Both the position numbers and the translations under genes were made by a program. The notes below the pieces were generated by a model. The model saw only the letters and a program-made list of their open reading frames with translations, was not told where the DNA came from and did no database searches. From assembly GCA_965235115.1 (NCBI GenBank), contig OZ249441.1, forward strand, positions 30,442,001 to 30,506,000: a stretch of DNA of 64,000 nt. Direction: 5' to 3'. The DNA is from Laetmonice hystrix (lineage: Eukaryota). The first letter of the stretch is position 1. Every line of letters starts with the position of its first letter. This document shows positions 10,901-24,055 of this stretch, piece by piece.

Positions 10901-13900
10901 GTTGTTTTTATAATCAACAGAACTAACCCCTTACTAAATTAAACACAAAAGACATTGGATAGAACAGTGTGACCCTGACCTTGGCTTGGCGCACTTTTTC
11001 CTCCTCCAGATTTAGAACCTCTGCCTCATGTTTTTTCAATACCTGCTCCATGAACTGGATCTGTCAAACCAACAGCGGAGTATTACAGATTGGCTATTAG
11101 CAGACAAATATACAGCATAATAAAAGTAAACCTTTCAGAAGAGTCGCCATATAAAGAAAATAAGTCATTTCAGAATCTCTTTTTTTTCTTCTGTGTTGCT
11201 GACCTGGTGTTTTTTCCGCTCGATCTCCCGTTTATGTCGGAGCTCCTCAAGTCTCAGAGTCTCCATCTTGCTGTGCCACTCAGCCACCTTCTGTGCTCCC
11301 CGGCCATCCTGGATGGTGTCAATCAGCTCCTGTAGCCCCGAGTGCTGCACCTTTAGTTCGGCCAGTTTATCTTCCACCTTCTGTCTCTCGTTGTTAGCCT
11401 GCAAGATTTTTATCATGAAAAGATATTCATCCCTTTGGACTTTACAAGGCAGATATGTTATGGACAAACTAAGTCTTCAATAGAACTGATAGAGGTTGCA
11501 GTTACCTTTTGTAGATCTTGTTCTGTTTTCTTCTTGTCTTCAAGTACTTTGGCCATTGAGCTGGCAAACCTCTCCTGCTGCTGCAGAGGAACTGCCCCAG
11601 AGAATTTACGACGAAACTCCTAGAACAGTCAAAGAACAATCTACCGTTATTTGCTAACCCAGAGGGGAAATCAAGCTCTGATAATTATTAAGACAAACGT
11701 TTGGGTATGATAGTCTTGTGGCAGTGTCAAACTATAAACAGGCCTAACCTGGATGGTGTGCTTGAGATACTTGGTCTTGCTCCTGTTCTCCAGCCGGTTA
11801 TGGTAGATAGCTTGATCCTTATCATCACAGTGTTGCTCAGCTCTTAGAAGCTGAGCCTGCAGTTTGTAGATCTTCTTGTTAGCATCTTCTTGCTTCCGAA
11901 CTGCGGTGCCCTCACTAACTTGTAATTGGACAATGTGTCGATGCAGTTTGCCTGGATAAAATTCACAATGGGTAAGGTAAATATCTTAGAGTACAGCTTT
12001 CTAAATGCATAGTTGTCAATATGTGAAGGGAAAATCCGGTATAGATCCTTTTTTGGCTTGTGTAGCAGGCTAGTGGCCTGCTAGGGGGGTCTGGATGAAC
12101 TTATGCATGAAGTATGCACAACAAAATGACAAAAGCAGTAGATTTGTAGTAATCCGACCCTTGATCATGCAGTAGGTGGTATCAGAGCTTGAAATACGGT
12201 ATTCTACCACCCAAAGCTGTAGAGTTGGCAACTATGTAAATGAGCAGCAGTTATGTTTAGTTTTTATTGTCCTCTTTAATCTGTTCCTTGCAGTGAAGTA
12301 TTGGGAATACACCTGAATCAATTTTCTTACCAATGACAGTCTTCTCATCACTTTGAGACTGGAAGTCAAGTAGCTGTTGCCGTAACGACAAAACCTCCTT
12401 GTCTCGGGAAACTTGTTGGGCTTCAAGGGCTCTTGCCTGAACAGTCGAGATATCTGAAATCTCCTGATGAGGGACAGAAAAAACTTTGTTTGAAATACAC
12501 CTGCACTACAAAGCCCTCATAGCAGCACTATGCTCCTTGAGACTTTTTGGTGATTAGTTTGATGTGGCTGCTGTTCCTACCTTCAGTTTGCTGTTTTCCT
12601 GCCTCAGGCTCATGTCTGTCTCCTCCAGTTTAGCAATCCTCTTCCTGTCAGCATCACTCACTTCCTTAGTTACACAGTCTGACACATAAACATATATAAT
12701 GGTAATACACTTAGATCTACATGGAAAATTCTACTTAAAGATATCAACACATTAAACAAAGGGCTTCACTGCTTTGATTTACCGAATTTTAAGGTCCAAC
12801 TCACTTGCTAGTTCATCTCGTAACACTCTCTCTATCTTCTGTGACTCCAGATTGAGTTTAGTTACCTGCAAACAATCAATGCATCTTCAGCAAACTTAGA
12901 GGCTACTGATCCATCATATTCTTTGGAAGACCAGTGCCTGCCTTATGAAATGAGCACGGGAGCAATCAATCGTTCCCGTATGTCATGTTAGGGGTGCTGA
13001 AGGGGAGTGATACCGGATGCCCCTCGTCCTCGAATATGAGGAAGGAAAATCATACCTTGGGAAGTTAAGCCTCCAGTGCATGGTTATTTACCCATGTACG
13101 AATCTTTATTGAGTGGATTAAGATTTATAGACGTGTGACTGTGTGGGAAATTCCCTCATTCATGTACAGCATGGTACACATTGACCTAATTATAACAATT
13201 ACAGCCTTAAACCCAAGTTGAGTTGATCCATTGATCAATCGCTCTCGCATTTTCAAATTTATGGGAGCGAATGGGAGTGAGAGTGATTGAGCCCATCTAT
13301 TGGCAGGGTCTGAAGACTTCCTCTCTCTAAAATAAAAACACTAAACATAAGCTAACAGACTTAAGCCAACAATTACAAACCTCAGCAAATTTGCTCTCCA
13401 ATTCAAAGTTTCGATCCTCAAGCTGCCGAAGCTGTGCCTTTTGTTGGTCATACATTCTAACAGCATGCTCAGCACGCTGGCGCTCATTGAGTTCCTTCAT
13501 CTCCAGCATTGTGAGTCGTTTGGATATAGACGTGACATCATGGTCAGTTAGTTCTTGGGAGCTCATCATCCCTGTATCAAATCATATCTGAATGAAAATG
13601 TTTATTGTATCCCAGTTGGTTCAGTGGATAGAGATTCCCGTCTTTACAACATTATTGTCATTGCTAAAGTTGAGCAGGGACTAGAAAGTATAATCTATAA
13701 TCAGGAGTCACCTATTTTTTTACTAGAAATTAAAATAAGGACATAGTCCCTGAAAATATAGAAGAACACACCCCACCTTGTTTGCGCATATTTTCAAAGG
13801 CTGCCTCCAGGGCATGGAGTTTCTCACGCTCAACCTCCAGCTCCTTCCTCAACTCTGTGTTCTCTGCTGTCAGTCGTTTTGTTTCTGTCTTCATTTACAA

Positions 13901-16900
13901 TAAAATATGTCGAGGTGAACCAACAAACATTGATCAAAACTCCAGACTGACTTATATCACTATCCCAAGCACATGCCTAAAAGCACCCACAAAGAGGAGA
14001 AAGCTGTGACTTTTTGTCCACGACAATCATTTAGAGAACATATTCCAGACATGAGAGCCAATATAATTATTATATTAACACAGGGGCTCTCACCTCAAAG
14101 CCAACCGAGGCCTCATTCCTCAGGACTAGTATGTTGAATTTCTCCAGCATTTCTCTGTATTTCTCAGTCAACTCTGTGAAATGTCTGTTTGCCCGATCAA
14201 GTTCATCCTTTGGTACGGCATCATCCAGGGCTTTCTGTAGTGCAGCAATCCTAAATGATGACATATCCTGAAAAAGAGAAAAAGAATATCTACAGGATTC
14301 AAATACCTCAGACAGACAGACAGACACTGAGACATACAGACAGACAGACAGACAGACAGACAAGAGTGAGAGCATGTTTCATCAGTTTGTCCTACTATCC
14401 ACAACGAGAATGGGCTGAAGACTAGATCTGTCCAGTCTGGTGGAATGGACCAGGTAACTGGTTTGTCTGTTGCCAGGACCCGTTTCTCACCTTGTAACGC
14501 TGGAGGTATCCCAACCTCTCAGAGACAGCAGACTCCATCTGAATCATCTCATTCTTCAGTTTGCTATTTTCCTGTCAATGTCAAGAAAGTAAACGTTAAT
14601 TCAAAGTGTAAATGACAACCAGGCAATAGATTCAGAGACTTTGAGTTTACTTGGACTTTCTTTACTTGCCAATCATTACAACTTCCAGCAATATGATTTT
14701 GTACCATGGACCATTCATATGGATACTCTTCTCGAGCCACCCTGAAAACCATTATTACTTCTGAATGTCATCACTGGAACACATACAATCAGACCCCTGA
14801 CCACCTAGCTTGACCCACCTTTCTCAACGTTCCCTCGAGGTCTGACATGGCATTGTATCGACGTGTCAGAGCTTTCTCGTTAACTCGAAGCACTGTGATT
14901 TTCCGTGTTATATCGACCAGTCTTCTCCTCACTTCAACATCCTCTTGCCCCAATGTATCCAGCAATCTCTGTGAATATGTCAAATTACAAAACATTTATT
15001 GAAAGTCAAATGCTTATTGGGCCAAGATATTATTCCACATCACTGCCAAAGTTCAGAGAAGTAGTAGTATACATATTCATTGAAATCATATAAATAACAA
15101 TAAATAATCATTTTGGTATAAGACTCTGCAGTTTTCACGAGCAGAGCAAGGCGTCTATGATTCCAATTTGAAACTTTAAAATATACTAATAGTATGTCAA
15201 CATGACAGAGCTGCCCCACATCACTCCCATGACAGGTTTCATTGACTCAACAAAAACATACAACATTCCTGGTCTGTATCATGGTGTAAAATGCAGCAGG
15301 CAAACCCCTCTTACCCCTACTTTGTTTAGTTCACCATTGTATCATGCTGTAAAATGCAGCAGGCAAACCCCTCTTACCCCTACTTTGGTTAGTTCACCGT
15401 TGTATCATGGTGTAAAATGCAGCAGGCAAACCCCTCTTACCCCTACTTTGGTTAGTTCACTATTGTGTACATACATCAAATTCCTGTATCCTGACTTTGT
15501 CTTCTTCTCTCATACCCTCCATGTTTTCCATGTCTGTTTGAATCTTGGTCCTTTCCTCTTCCCAGGCCTGTACACAAGTATAACGCAAATGATTACAATA
15601 CATTATGTACCAGTGCTACAAACTTGGTGGCCCGAGACACTACTTTTCCAAAATATCTCAACCACTGCCTGCAAATTTCTGTCATGGCAATCATAATCTG
15701 TCATTTAAAACCTTTTAGGAAACTTTAGGTTAACGACTTCTACTTCATCTGTATTGTTGACTTTACTTATCTCGGAACATAGTTGACGTTTTCTAACACA
15801 TCAGACGTAATTACCTTCTGCTGTATGATGTGATCCTGATAGATAAGGCTTTGCTGGTGCCTCATCACGGCAAACTTCCGCCGATAACTATCCAGTGATG
15901 TCTCCATCTTCACCACCAGCTCTTCCTTCAGGGACAGCTCCTGTGCCATAAACCAGTGAGATAAATATTGGTTTGATGTGAAGGCTGGCAATTAAGGATT
16001 ACCCACTTAAGCATATGAAATCTGGCCATAATGATACACTATGGGCAAGAATGGTGTGTAGGATATGTGTAGGATTTTACAACGGTGAAGCAGAATACCA
16101 CAGCGCCCTCTATGTGAGACTGAGGTGGCCCCGTTGACAACTGCACCGTTCACCTCATTCTAAAATAATTTCTTTCTCCTCACTTTTCACAGGTTCACAG
16201 GTAATTTTATAGTCAATCCACACAGCTGAAATGTAATGAGCTTTAAGAAATCAGATCAGGATGATCCGTCACCTGCAGTGTTTGTATTAGGTGTTCATTG
16301 ATATTGGCAATAACGTCAGAGCTGGTAACAGCCATCCCCTCTGGTAGTGGCATTGCCTGGAAGTTTCCTCCTGCTCCAACCTCCCGTAAAGTCTTCACCT
16401 CTTCCTCAAGTACCTCCACCTGTACACAGGGGATGAAACTATTAACTCCACTCTCAAGGCTTGCTCATTGCCTCCTCAGTACAATACACAATTTAGGCAC
16501 TGGAATATGAATTGCTAGGTACAATGTAAGTCAAGTTTGGAGAAGTAAAGGTAAAAGATTTAAACCTTTACACCCAAAATATTACTATTAAAAGTTGTCT
16601 TTGCTCCCAGTACATGCAAACTAAGTAAGACACCATCAGAGAAGCCGTACCTTGGATTTTTTGCGGTCGAGCTCAACTTGTGCTTTGGTGGCCTCCAGCC
16701 GTGACTCCTTGAGCTCCTGCCGTAGCTCCTCATTGTGACCAGTCAGGTTGTCCACCTGAGCCTTCAGGTACAGTGTCGTGTCGTATCGTCCTCCCAACAT
16801 GTTCTTGGAGTCAATTGCCTGACACAGAAATTATGCTGGCTATAGGATTCTCCCCTTGTGAACTTACTGAATCAAGACAATGAAAATTCTTAAGTTTACC

Positions 16901-19900
16901 AGATCAAACTTGCCCACTTTAAACTGTATCCTGATTCATTCAATTCTAGGCTGTGTGGGTTCTTACCGCTAACATGCGTTCTAGGGATGGACACTGGATT
17001 GTGCGAACATCTCCATCTGACCCTGCTGAAACAGATTTATTTGTCAGGAACTGTGTTACAGTATTTTTGAACAAATTAAAATTTCTGAACATTCAGGAAC
17101 CTGAAACTGATTTATTAATGTTAATATATTGCTATATAGCATTGGTAACATTCCGAAAAGATCTATCTTCTAGGCCCACCTTGTTCCTTAATGGCAGCAT
17201 GGATCTCCTTCATTCCTTTCTCCAAGTCAGAATTTTGGTCTTCCGTTTCCTTAAGCTTGGCCCGCAGCTCAGCATTATCCTTGCGAAGTGTCTCCAGTTT
17301 CTGAGTGTACTGCTCTAAGTCCTGGTCAAGCTGAAGCTTCTGTAACAGAAGCAAAGGACACAAGCAGTAGAGACCATGACTTTGTTTTACTGTATGTAGC
17401 ATGATCTAAATATGGGTAGGCTTGTGGAATCACTCACACAAGCAATGTATAGATTTAACATAACAACAGACATACCTGCACTCTGAGCCGGTCATTTTCT
17501 ACCTCAGCCTTCATGTCATGTGAGAAACTGGCTAGCATTTGTTTCTCCTTTCTCTGTGTTTTGTCTTCACCATGTAGGCCAACTGAGAGTATCTCCTCCG
17601 TGTCAATTCCAAGGGCAGAAACTCTAAACATATGTCATCAACACTATACATTCAAAAACAGGTAAGCAAAATCATCTACCAGTACTTTTTATAAGCCTCT
17701 ACACTCTTTTCACAACAAAAAGTCCACTCTAACCAAAACTGCAGTTTCAAATAAAATATCTAAACCCAGGGACACTCATGTGATCCTCCCATTATGGTAC
17801 ATGAACTTTTGTTCTCACCTCATTCCGCTTGCCGTGGCTAGCTTACGGATCTGAAGCTTTAATTGTACTCGTTCTTCTTCCAGACGCTCCACCTGTACAA
17901 AGCATACTTATTATCCATTCAAAGTGACGGGCAGAAAACCATTTAGGGGTCTATACATTAAAAACCTTGTGAAGGAGAGAACGTAGAAAAAGTCTAGAAT
18001 ACTTAGAATTATTTTACCAACTTTTATTTTGTAATATGGAATTATTATGAAAAACAACATTTTATCTTACCCGCTTACCATGTTGACTTTGTTTTTCACA
18101 ATAATTCAGTATTACGAAATCAAGAAGATCAAAAAAATCAAAACCTATGATTTTGTTGCCTTGATTTTAATCATTATTTAAATCAATGATTTTAATCAGA
18201 TGATTTAAATCATCCAACCCTGTTTATATCAATGATACTGCTGATTCAAGTAGGAAGTCTGTTAATGAGCAACATAATGTCTTTTATGTTAAAGAAAAAA
18301 AAAGCTTGGAGATTCTGTTTAAATAGTGTTTGGGATATTAAAATTCAATAGGCGAGAGCATCATTTCTGGCAACACCTCACCTCCTTCTGCAGAACCTGA
18401 TTGAGAGCCCTTTCCTCCTGTGTGCGCAGTCCTTTCTTCCGACGATAATCACCAAGGTCAATGGGTTCAGCAGGGTCAAGGCCAAGCCGGTCACGCAGAC
18501 TTTCATTTTCATCATAGAGGTCATTGACCTTCAGTTCAACTTTATTGATGTACTGTGTCAACTCCTCAATTTGTCTGAGTGGGCACAGAGAACATAGCGT
18601 TAGCCATGCACACGTTGATCTAGTTATGCGTTTTAGCTTCAATTCCCAAAGGATCAATACCTATTGCAGTAGGTACAAAACAATGTAGACACTTGTTTCA
18701 ATGTAAAAAAAAATCTTTAGCAGATCTAATAAGAATTCAATCTGCACTGTGATCAACTGACAATCAGAGTCAACAGCTCACCTGTCCCGGACATTAACTT
18801 GTACTTTGCATTCCTTGATCTCTGCCACAGCTTCAGCTAAACCATACTCTCCCTGTTGATCAAAGTGTACATTACAGGAACCTAACTATTTCTAACTAAA
18901 CATTAACCATCCAGAACACTGCTGCATGGATAAATATTATACATTGTGAATGTTGACACTTAGCTGGTACATTGTAGAAAAAGAGGAAAAGTTCACTGGA
19001 GCCATCAGTAAGGTTAATATTAGCTAAGGGTATATCTCAGTACTATATACAGATGGTTGAATACTCACAGCTTCATACTGCCTCATCCTCTCCAGTGCCT
19101 CACTCAGTTGGCGATCCTTATCACGTGCATCCGACTCCGCCTAGCTCCCCACAAAAATTTATCAGTTCATTATTGCATGTTTTTTAAAACTATTTTTCAG
19201 TTTATAGAAGCCCCCCTTAGTTGGTCTTTGCCAAGGTTTTAAAACCATTTAGATTTAAGGGAGAACATTTTAAGATGATGGGCAACCTTCTTACCCCATT
19301 TTTATTTTGTTGACACCATATTACCAGTATATTGTGTTCAGTTACCAAGATATGTACCAAAAGCATTAGTAATGACTTTACTGATGTACTGAGGTAAAAA
19401 GATTATACATGTGCGACATGATGACGACAAAATAAAGTTTGGATTTACTGCTGACAGATTAGAACACTGACATCTTGGGCACGAGCCTCAGCATCCCTGA
19501 GATGATCCTCATGGATGCGGATGGTGTTGGTCATCTGGCTGATCCTCTGGATATGCTTGTCTCCAGTGTCTCGACCTCCTGTGCACAAAGACAGACATCA
19601 GGCATCAGGTCATCTGGCAGAAATAGTAGAAATTTCCTTGAGGTAAAACTCCTCAAAGTTTGTCAGGAAACTCAGGATGTCCTTTAAAAAGTCATTAAAA
19701 TGTCACTTGCAATATGACTCAAGAAATATAAGGACAGACCGTTAAATACAGAAAGAAGAGACATAGCATTGGTATGAGAAAGAGGTGGTCCAAGCAGTTT
19801 GCATGAGTTACCAGAGAATGCATCCTTGCCATTTAGATCCTTGTAGTCATGACTTACCTCTCTGCATGGTGGAACGTACATCTTCCATCAATGCGACGTT

Positions 19901-22900
19901 ACTCTCCATGTCAGACACTGCCTCATCAAGTTTCTTTTTGAGAACTTCAATCCTCCGGTCACGTTCTTCTACTGCTTTTGTCAGGGCTGCCACTGAGGCT
20001 TTCTCACTGTCGACATTGGCAGCAATTAGCTGATCACGCAGCTTCATCACTTGACCTTGGAGGTCAATGATTCGGTCGTCCTTCTCTGCTAAAATGGACT
20101 GAGCAGGGCAGAACACATTACTTTGGTTTCATTTTTTCTCATAAAGGCAGAGGATCAATTTCACGACAGGCCTCCTGCTACCTGGTCACCATATTTATTA
20201 AATGTAAATCAGCAAAGAAGATTTCAGGCAGGCAAAGTTCTTGGCAGACTTCTGACACGACTTTGACAGAACTTTCTAGCAATATTACTTTACTTTCTAC
20301 TCACTTTCCACTCTTCCACCTTCCTATCCACCTGAACCATGATTGCATCATCAGAATCGCCCTTTGATTTCACTTGCTCCTGTAGGTATGCCACCTGGTC
20401 TTTCAGCATCTCATTCTCTCTCTTCAGCCCATCTGTGACGTTGTCAGAGGTTTTGACTACACGCTGAACAGCAGAATGGTGGAATAAAGATTTGGGGAAA
20501 AAGGTAATAATTCTGAAACCATGAAAATACATATGACCAGACAGACCTTGTAACACCACACTTTATTAAGTCAACCTTTCTTCACTTCTCATACCTTCAT
20601 CACTTCAGCCAATACACATAAAAAATTGTGACAGAATAGTTCAAGAAAAGAGTGAGTGAATATGAGTGTTAGATTTTACCTAAACATTTAACAGACCTTC
20701 AAACTTAGATAGTCCTCAGTTGTCTTGACAATCTCATCACGACCTTCTCGTAATTCCTTCTTCATATCAGCCAATTTTTTCTCCAAGTCCACATTTGCTT
20801 CTGCCAAAAGCTATGAGAAAAAACAACCTTAATACTTTTAAACTTCCACAAGTTTGCTTCTTTTTCAATATGTATAATTTATACACTCAAATACGATAAC
20901 AATCTACCTGTAAACCTTGAGCTACATGCAAGCTGAAATTGTACAAGGAACACAATAATGATATCGCAATGTGAACAATACAGGATTACCCCCATGCTAG
21001 ATATTAAGACTAACAAACTCTCTCACTCTGTTTTCTTCAAGAGCGGCATTTAAAAGACGGTTCTTTGCTGTAATTTTGTCTCTGAAATCTGCATCTTCAT
21101 CCCGCCGTGACAAGAGGCTCTCACGCTGTGCATCCAACTGTCGCTGATAATCCCGCAGATCATCATGTAGAGACTCACACTGGAATGGAAATATAAACAA
21201 TCATTGTCAGTTTATCCTTGCAAAAGACTACACATCAGGGTTCTAGCTAGAATAAATCTCCAGCATAGGGGTAACTTGTTGACCCTCTGCTGCAGTGCCT
21301 GACGATGCCCAGCTTGGGAGGGGTATCCTGTTAGGGGTGTCTGGGAGACCTCTTTAATTTATCCTCAGAAGGTGATTTTTGTAAGGTAGCAGGTCTGCAA
21401 CAAAGCGTTTCAGTGGTTTTGCTCACATTCTGGGCCAAAATCTCCACCTATCCAATACCAGATCTGCCAACGTTACCAATTTTGTTTGCATAGCAACAGT
21501 CAGCCCTGCAAGGGGGTAGGTGCAGGAGGGAGTGTCTCGGGTGCATTCTGAGCACATTTTGAGCAGAAGGCAATGCCTAAATGACTTCATGTGGGTCTGT
21601 ATTATCAATTGCAATCATTAACGCCGACTAAATGATCAATTATCGGTCAGGAAATGGTGATTTTTACGGTAATTAGCTGATTTTTGTAGTATATGAAGGA
21701 CTGAGGGCACAACAGCATGTGTCAAATGCGTACCTGCTACGCAAAATGCGGTTGGCAGGTCTGCAATATGCCAAAAAGGCCCTTGCTAAAACACTTCATA
21801 TAATTAAAAAATACTTCTTTAACAAATTGCAAATAGATATTGAGATCTGTCAAGTATGAAACCAATACAATAACAAAATTATGTTACAGCTGGCTTTATA
21901 TCTCACATTGTTCCCTGTTCAATATAGCAATGTTATTTTTTTTTACCTCCTTCTTTGTCTCTCGCAAATCTTTTTCAGCCTGTTCAGCACGAGCCAGCAG
22001 CTGCAACATAGAACAACTATAGTACACACTCAAACAGGAAAGTGCAAACAGCGTCCAGTAATAGACCATATACATTGTGAGGCTTTAATCCCACGAAGCT
22101 GCCTAGAAAGCCTCAGAATGTCTTTTCCTACAGATTTCCTTTTCTTCATTGTGGGGCTCACCCCACAAGGTAAAAAAACCCTGTGGTATAGAGTCGTACT
22201 GACAAGAAGCTCTTCAAGTCAGATGTACAGATGGAGGGCAAATTATGCTAAAAAGTACAAGCTCATTTTTGGGAACCATCGAATCAAGATATTTAACCTC
22301 CACCTATTTAACAGGCAGAAACAACAAAAGAATATTCTGTACCAATACACGGACAAGTTTACATACATGTATAATATAAAAAGAGAGTGATTGCTCTGGT
22401 ATTGTTACAACTGCATGAGTGTCTATATATAAATGGCAGGTAGTTCCAGCCAGGTTCCTTTTTGAATCTTTCTGAGATACTTGGATGGATACCGGTACAT
22501 ATTAGTATGATTTACAATAGATTTCTTGTCACTAAAAAGAATTTCTTAGTTGTAGTGTATGTTTATTGGGTCAAATATAGTATTTTACATTTCCATGATA
22601 TATGACTCGTATACTATTTTCTTACCCGTTCATTTTCGGTGCGTTCATCAGTAAGCTGTTTATCTTTCTCTCGCATCTCACGCTGTAGCAGGTTAAGCTG
22701 ATGCTCAAGTTCATTCATTTCATCTCGGACAAATCGCATCTCACGACCCCCAGACTGGGCACCCTCTGGACCAAATCTCTGTGAAAACAAATTTTTTTGG
22801 GTTGCTTTCACTTTATAAAGGAGTGTACACACATAATTATAGGTTGCAATTCATGGACTATGAGTTTTCTATCCCTTGAAATTATTTTTACAACATTTAC

Positions 22901-24055
22901 AGGCAAAAACCCTGAAAATTCCCAGGGACATGGAGGATGGCAGAGACCCCCTTCAGACCAAGGGGCAAGCCTGTGTCAGCTCTCTACTGTATCCTAGAGT
23001 TTTCACAAAATACACTTTCCATTAACAACATGTTGCTGCTTCCAGTTTACTGGCAAGTTCTGAGTTGGACAGGTTTTACCCTCACACCCTCCAATGCAAT
23101 TTGGATGAAAAAAAAGAGAGAAAATCTTAATCGGAACACTCTCATGCCTGCATCTAAATGATATTATTTGCATGGTTTTTGCTTGCCTAAATTACACTTT
23201 AAAAAATAACTACAGATCACCGAGGTATTTGTTACCTTCATCTCCTTGTTCTCACGCTTAAGACTTTGAATCTCTCGCTTTAAAGCTTCCACTTCTTGAT
23301 CTGTACAGAAAGTCAGAAGTAGCTCCATTAGTAAGATTCTCACCTCTAGATGTTTTAATAATTGATTCATTCTGCCAAAATGCTTCCCTTGTTTTTGAAG
23401 GATACTCTTCAAATGAAATGTTTTTTCTATTTAATACAATAATATATAACCTCATGTGATAAAATAAACAACATTTGGGTTGTTTGATAAACAACCATGC
23501 TGGTAAGGTAGTCCGAGGGCTTTTTAGGGTGTCTTAGATTGGATGACCAGACAACTGCTCAGCAAGACTTCTTTATATTTCTATAATTACAATTATCATG
23601 CCTTCAACATTTTACTGCAGTGAAAAATGCTATTAAAAGGTATGGTACCTTTCTTTGCATCAGATTTGCCCTCCTGCTTTGCCATGTCAGCCAGCTCTTC
23701 TTCCAAAATCTCAGCTTTGGCTGCCTGTGCCAAAAGGACAGCTTGTGTGACAAAAAACAGCTTCTTGAGCCTGCCCAAGTCATCTTCTTCACCTGGATCA
23801 AACTGTCAATACATACATCAAAATTAGAAAAGTAAATTTCATGTTTTCTGCTATGGTAACAAATATCTCTATGAACCAAATCCCTTTGATAAAATCAACC
23901 TTATTGAGAAAAGATATCTTTCCCTATGTTCTCTCATTTGCTTCGATTTTAACAATACTTACATCACCAAGAACTTCAAATAATTCCTCAGCTTTTTCCT
24001 CGGGAAGATCTTCAGTGTTGACCACCATCAACTCTTCCCAGTCAATGGGTGCCAT
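4973..24055 (-). CDS. CEP290: Centrosomal protein 290 (ciliary transition-zone coiled-coil protein), 46 coding exons in window, 3' end not found in window
   Basis: Exons were traced by GT/AG boundaries and phase into one continuous frame (6507 nt, 2169 aa): 24055-23963, 23802-23649, 23300-23236, 22778-22626, 22000-21947, 21179-21027, 20810-20697, 20463-20305, 20098-19858, 19578-19472, 19140-19069, 18852-18782, 18574-18382, 17892-17819, 17623-17476, 17339-17180, 17025-16967, 16818-16651, 16419-16273, 15940-15815, 15567-15475, 14968-14819, 14571-14491, 14267-14094, 13888-13777, 13571-13381, 12865-12805, 12678-12581, 12463-12331, 11951-11749, 11619-11506, 11398-11204, 11060-10980, 10611-10369, 10224-10006, 9685-9467, 9258-9104, 8833-8620, 8173-8036, 7244-7130, 6955-6693, 6532-6387, 6127-5959, 5793-5659, 5482-5327, 5110-4973. 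Peptides match human CEP290 as I recall it: MAPIDWEELM, YRRKFAVMRHQQSL, RKITVLRVNEKAL, TMLEMKELNERQRAEH, RRKFSGAVPLQQQE, RAPTVTMKNMVERLKNQLALKEKQQK, RWEESKKWQ, SEENIELKFEVEQARKDIPRLK. Confidence 0.97.
7474..8019. repeat. 36-bp minisatellite, ~15 copies (CEP290 intron)
   Basis: Unit gagatcaatcaaagacaggtcggtttgtctcagatg with tag/tcg variants, arranged head-to-tail. Confidence 0.95.
8161..8470. repeat. 28-32-bp minisatellite with a 92-bp higher-order unit, overlapping a CEP290 3' splice site
   Basis: Units ccttactgagggcctgccaacaccaaacacag start at 8161, 8193, 8221, 8253, 8285, 8313, 8345, ~8380, 8411 and 8441; 8161-8252 is nearly identical to 8253-8344. Confidence 0.92.
14309..14362. repeat. 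(CAGA)n microsatellite, interrupted
   Basis: Direct reading of the cagacagacaga runs. Confidence 0.85.
15275..15466. repeat. 63-bp tandem repeat, 3 copies
   Basis: tgtatcatggtgtaaaatgcagcaggcaaacccctcttacccctactttg.. starts at 15275, 15338 and 15401. Confidence 0.93.
21459..21763. mobile_element. Small hAT-like MITE in a CEP290 intron
   Basis: Inverted termini CAGATCTGCCAAC / GTTGGCAGGTCTG (13 bp, 1 mismatch). Both flanks share caata, but there is no perfect 8-bp TSD. Confidence 0.5.
23847..23860. promoter_or_regulatory. X-box (RFX)-like motif in the first coding intron of CEP290
   Basis: TCTGCTATGGTAAC matches the X-box pattern GTTGCTATGGTAAC at 12/14. CEP290 is a ciliary gene, a class typically regulated by RFX. 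Confidence 0.3.

Noticed and set aside
15202-15696. 164-aa plus-strand ORF with a 21-aa repeat
   Set aside because: It is made of the 63-bp array plus the antisense of a CEP290 exon.
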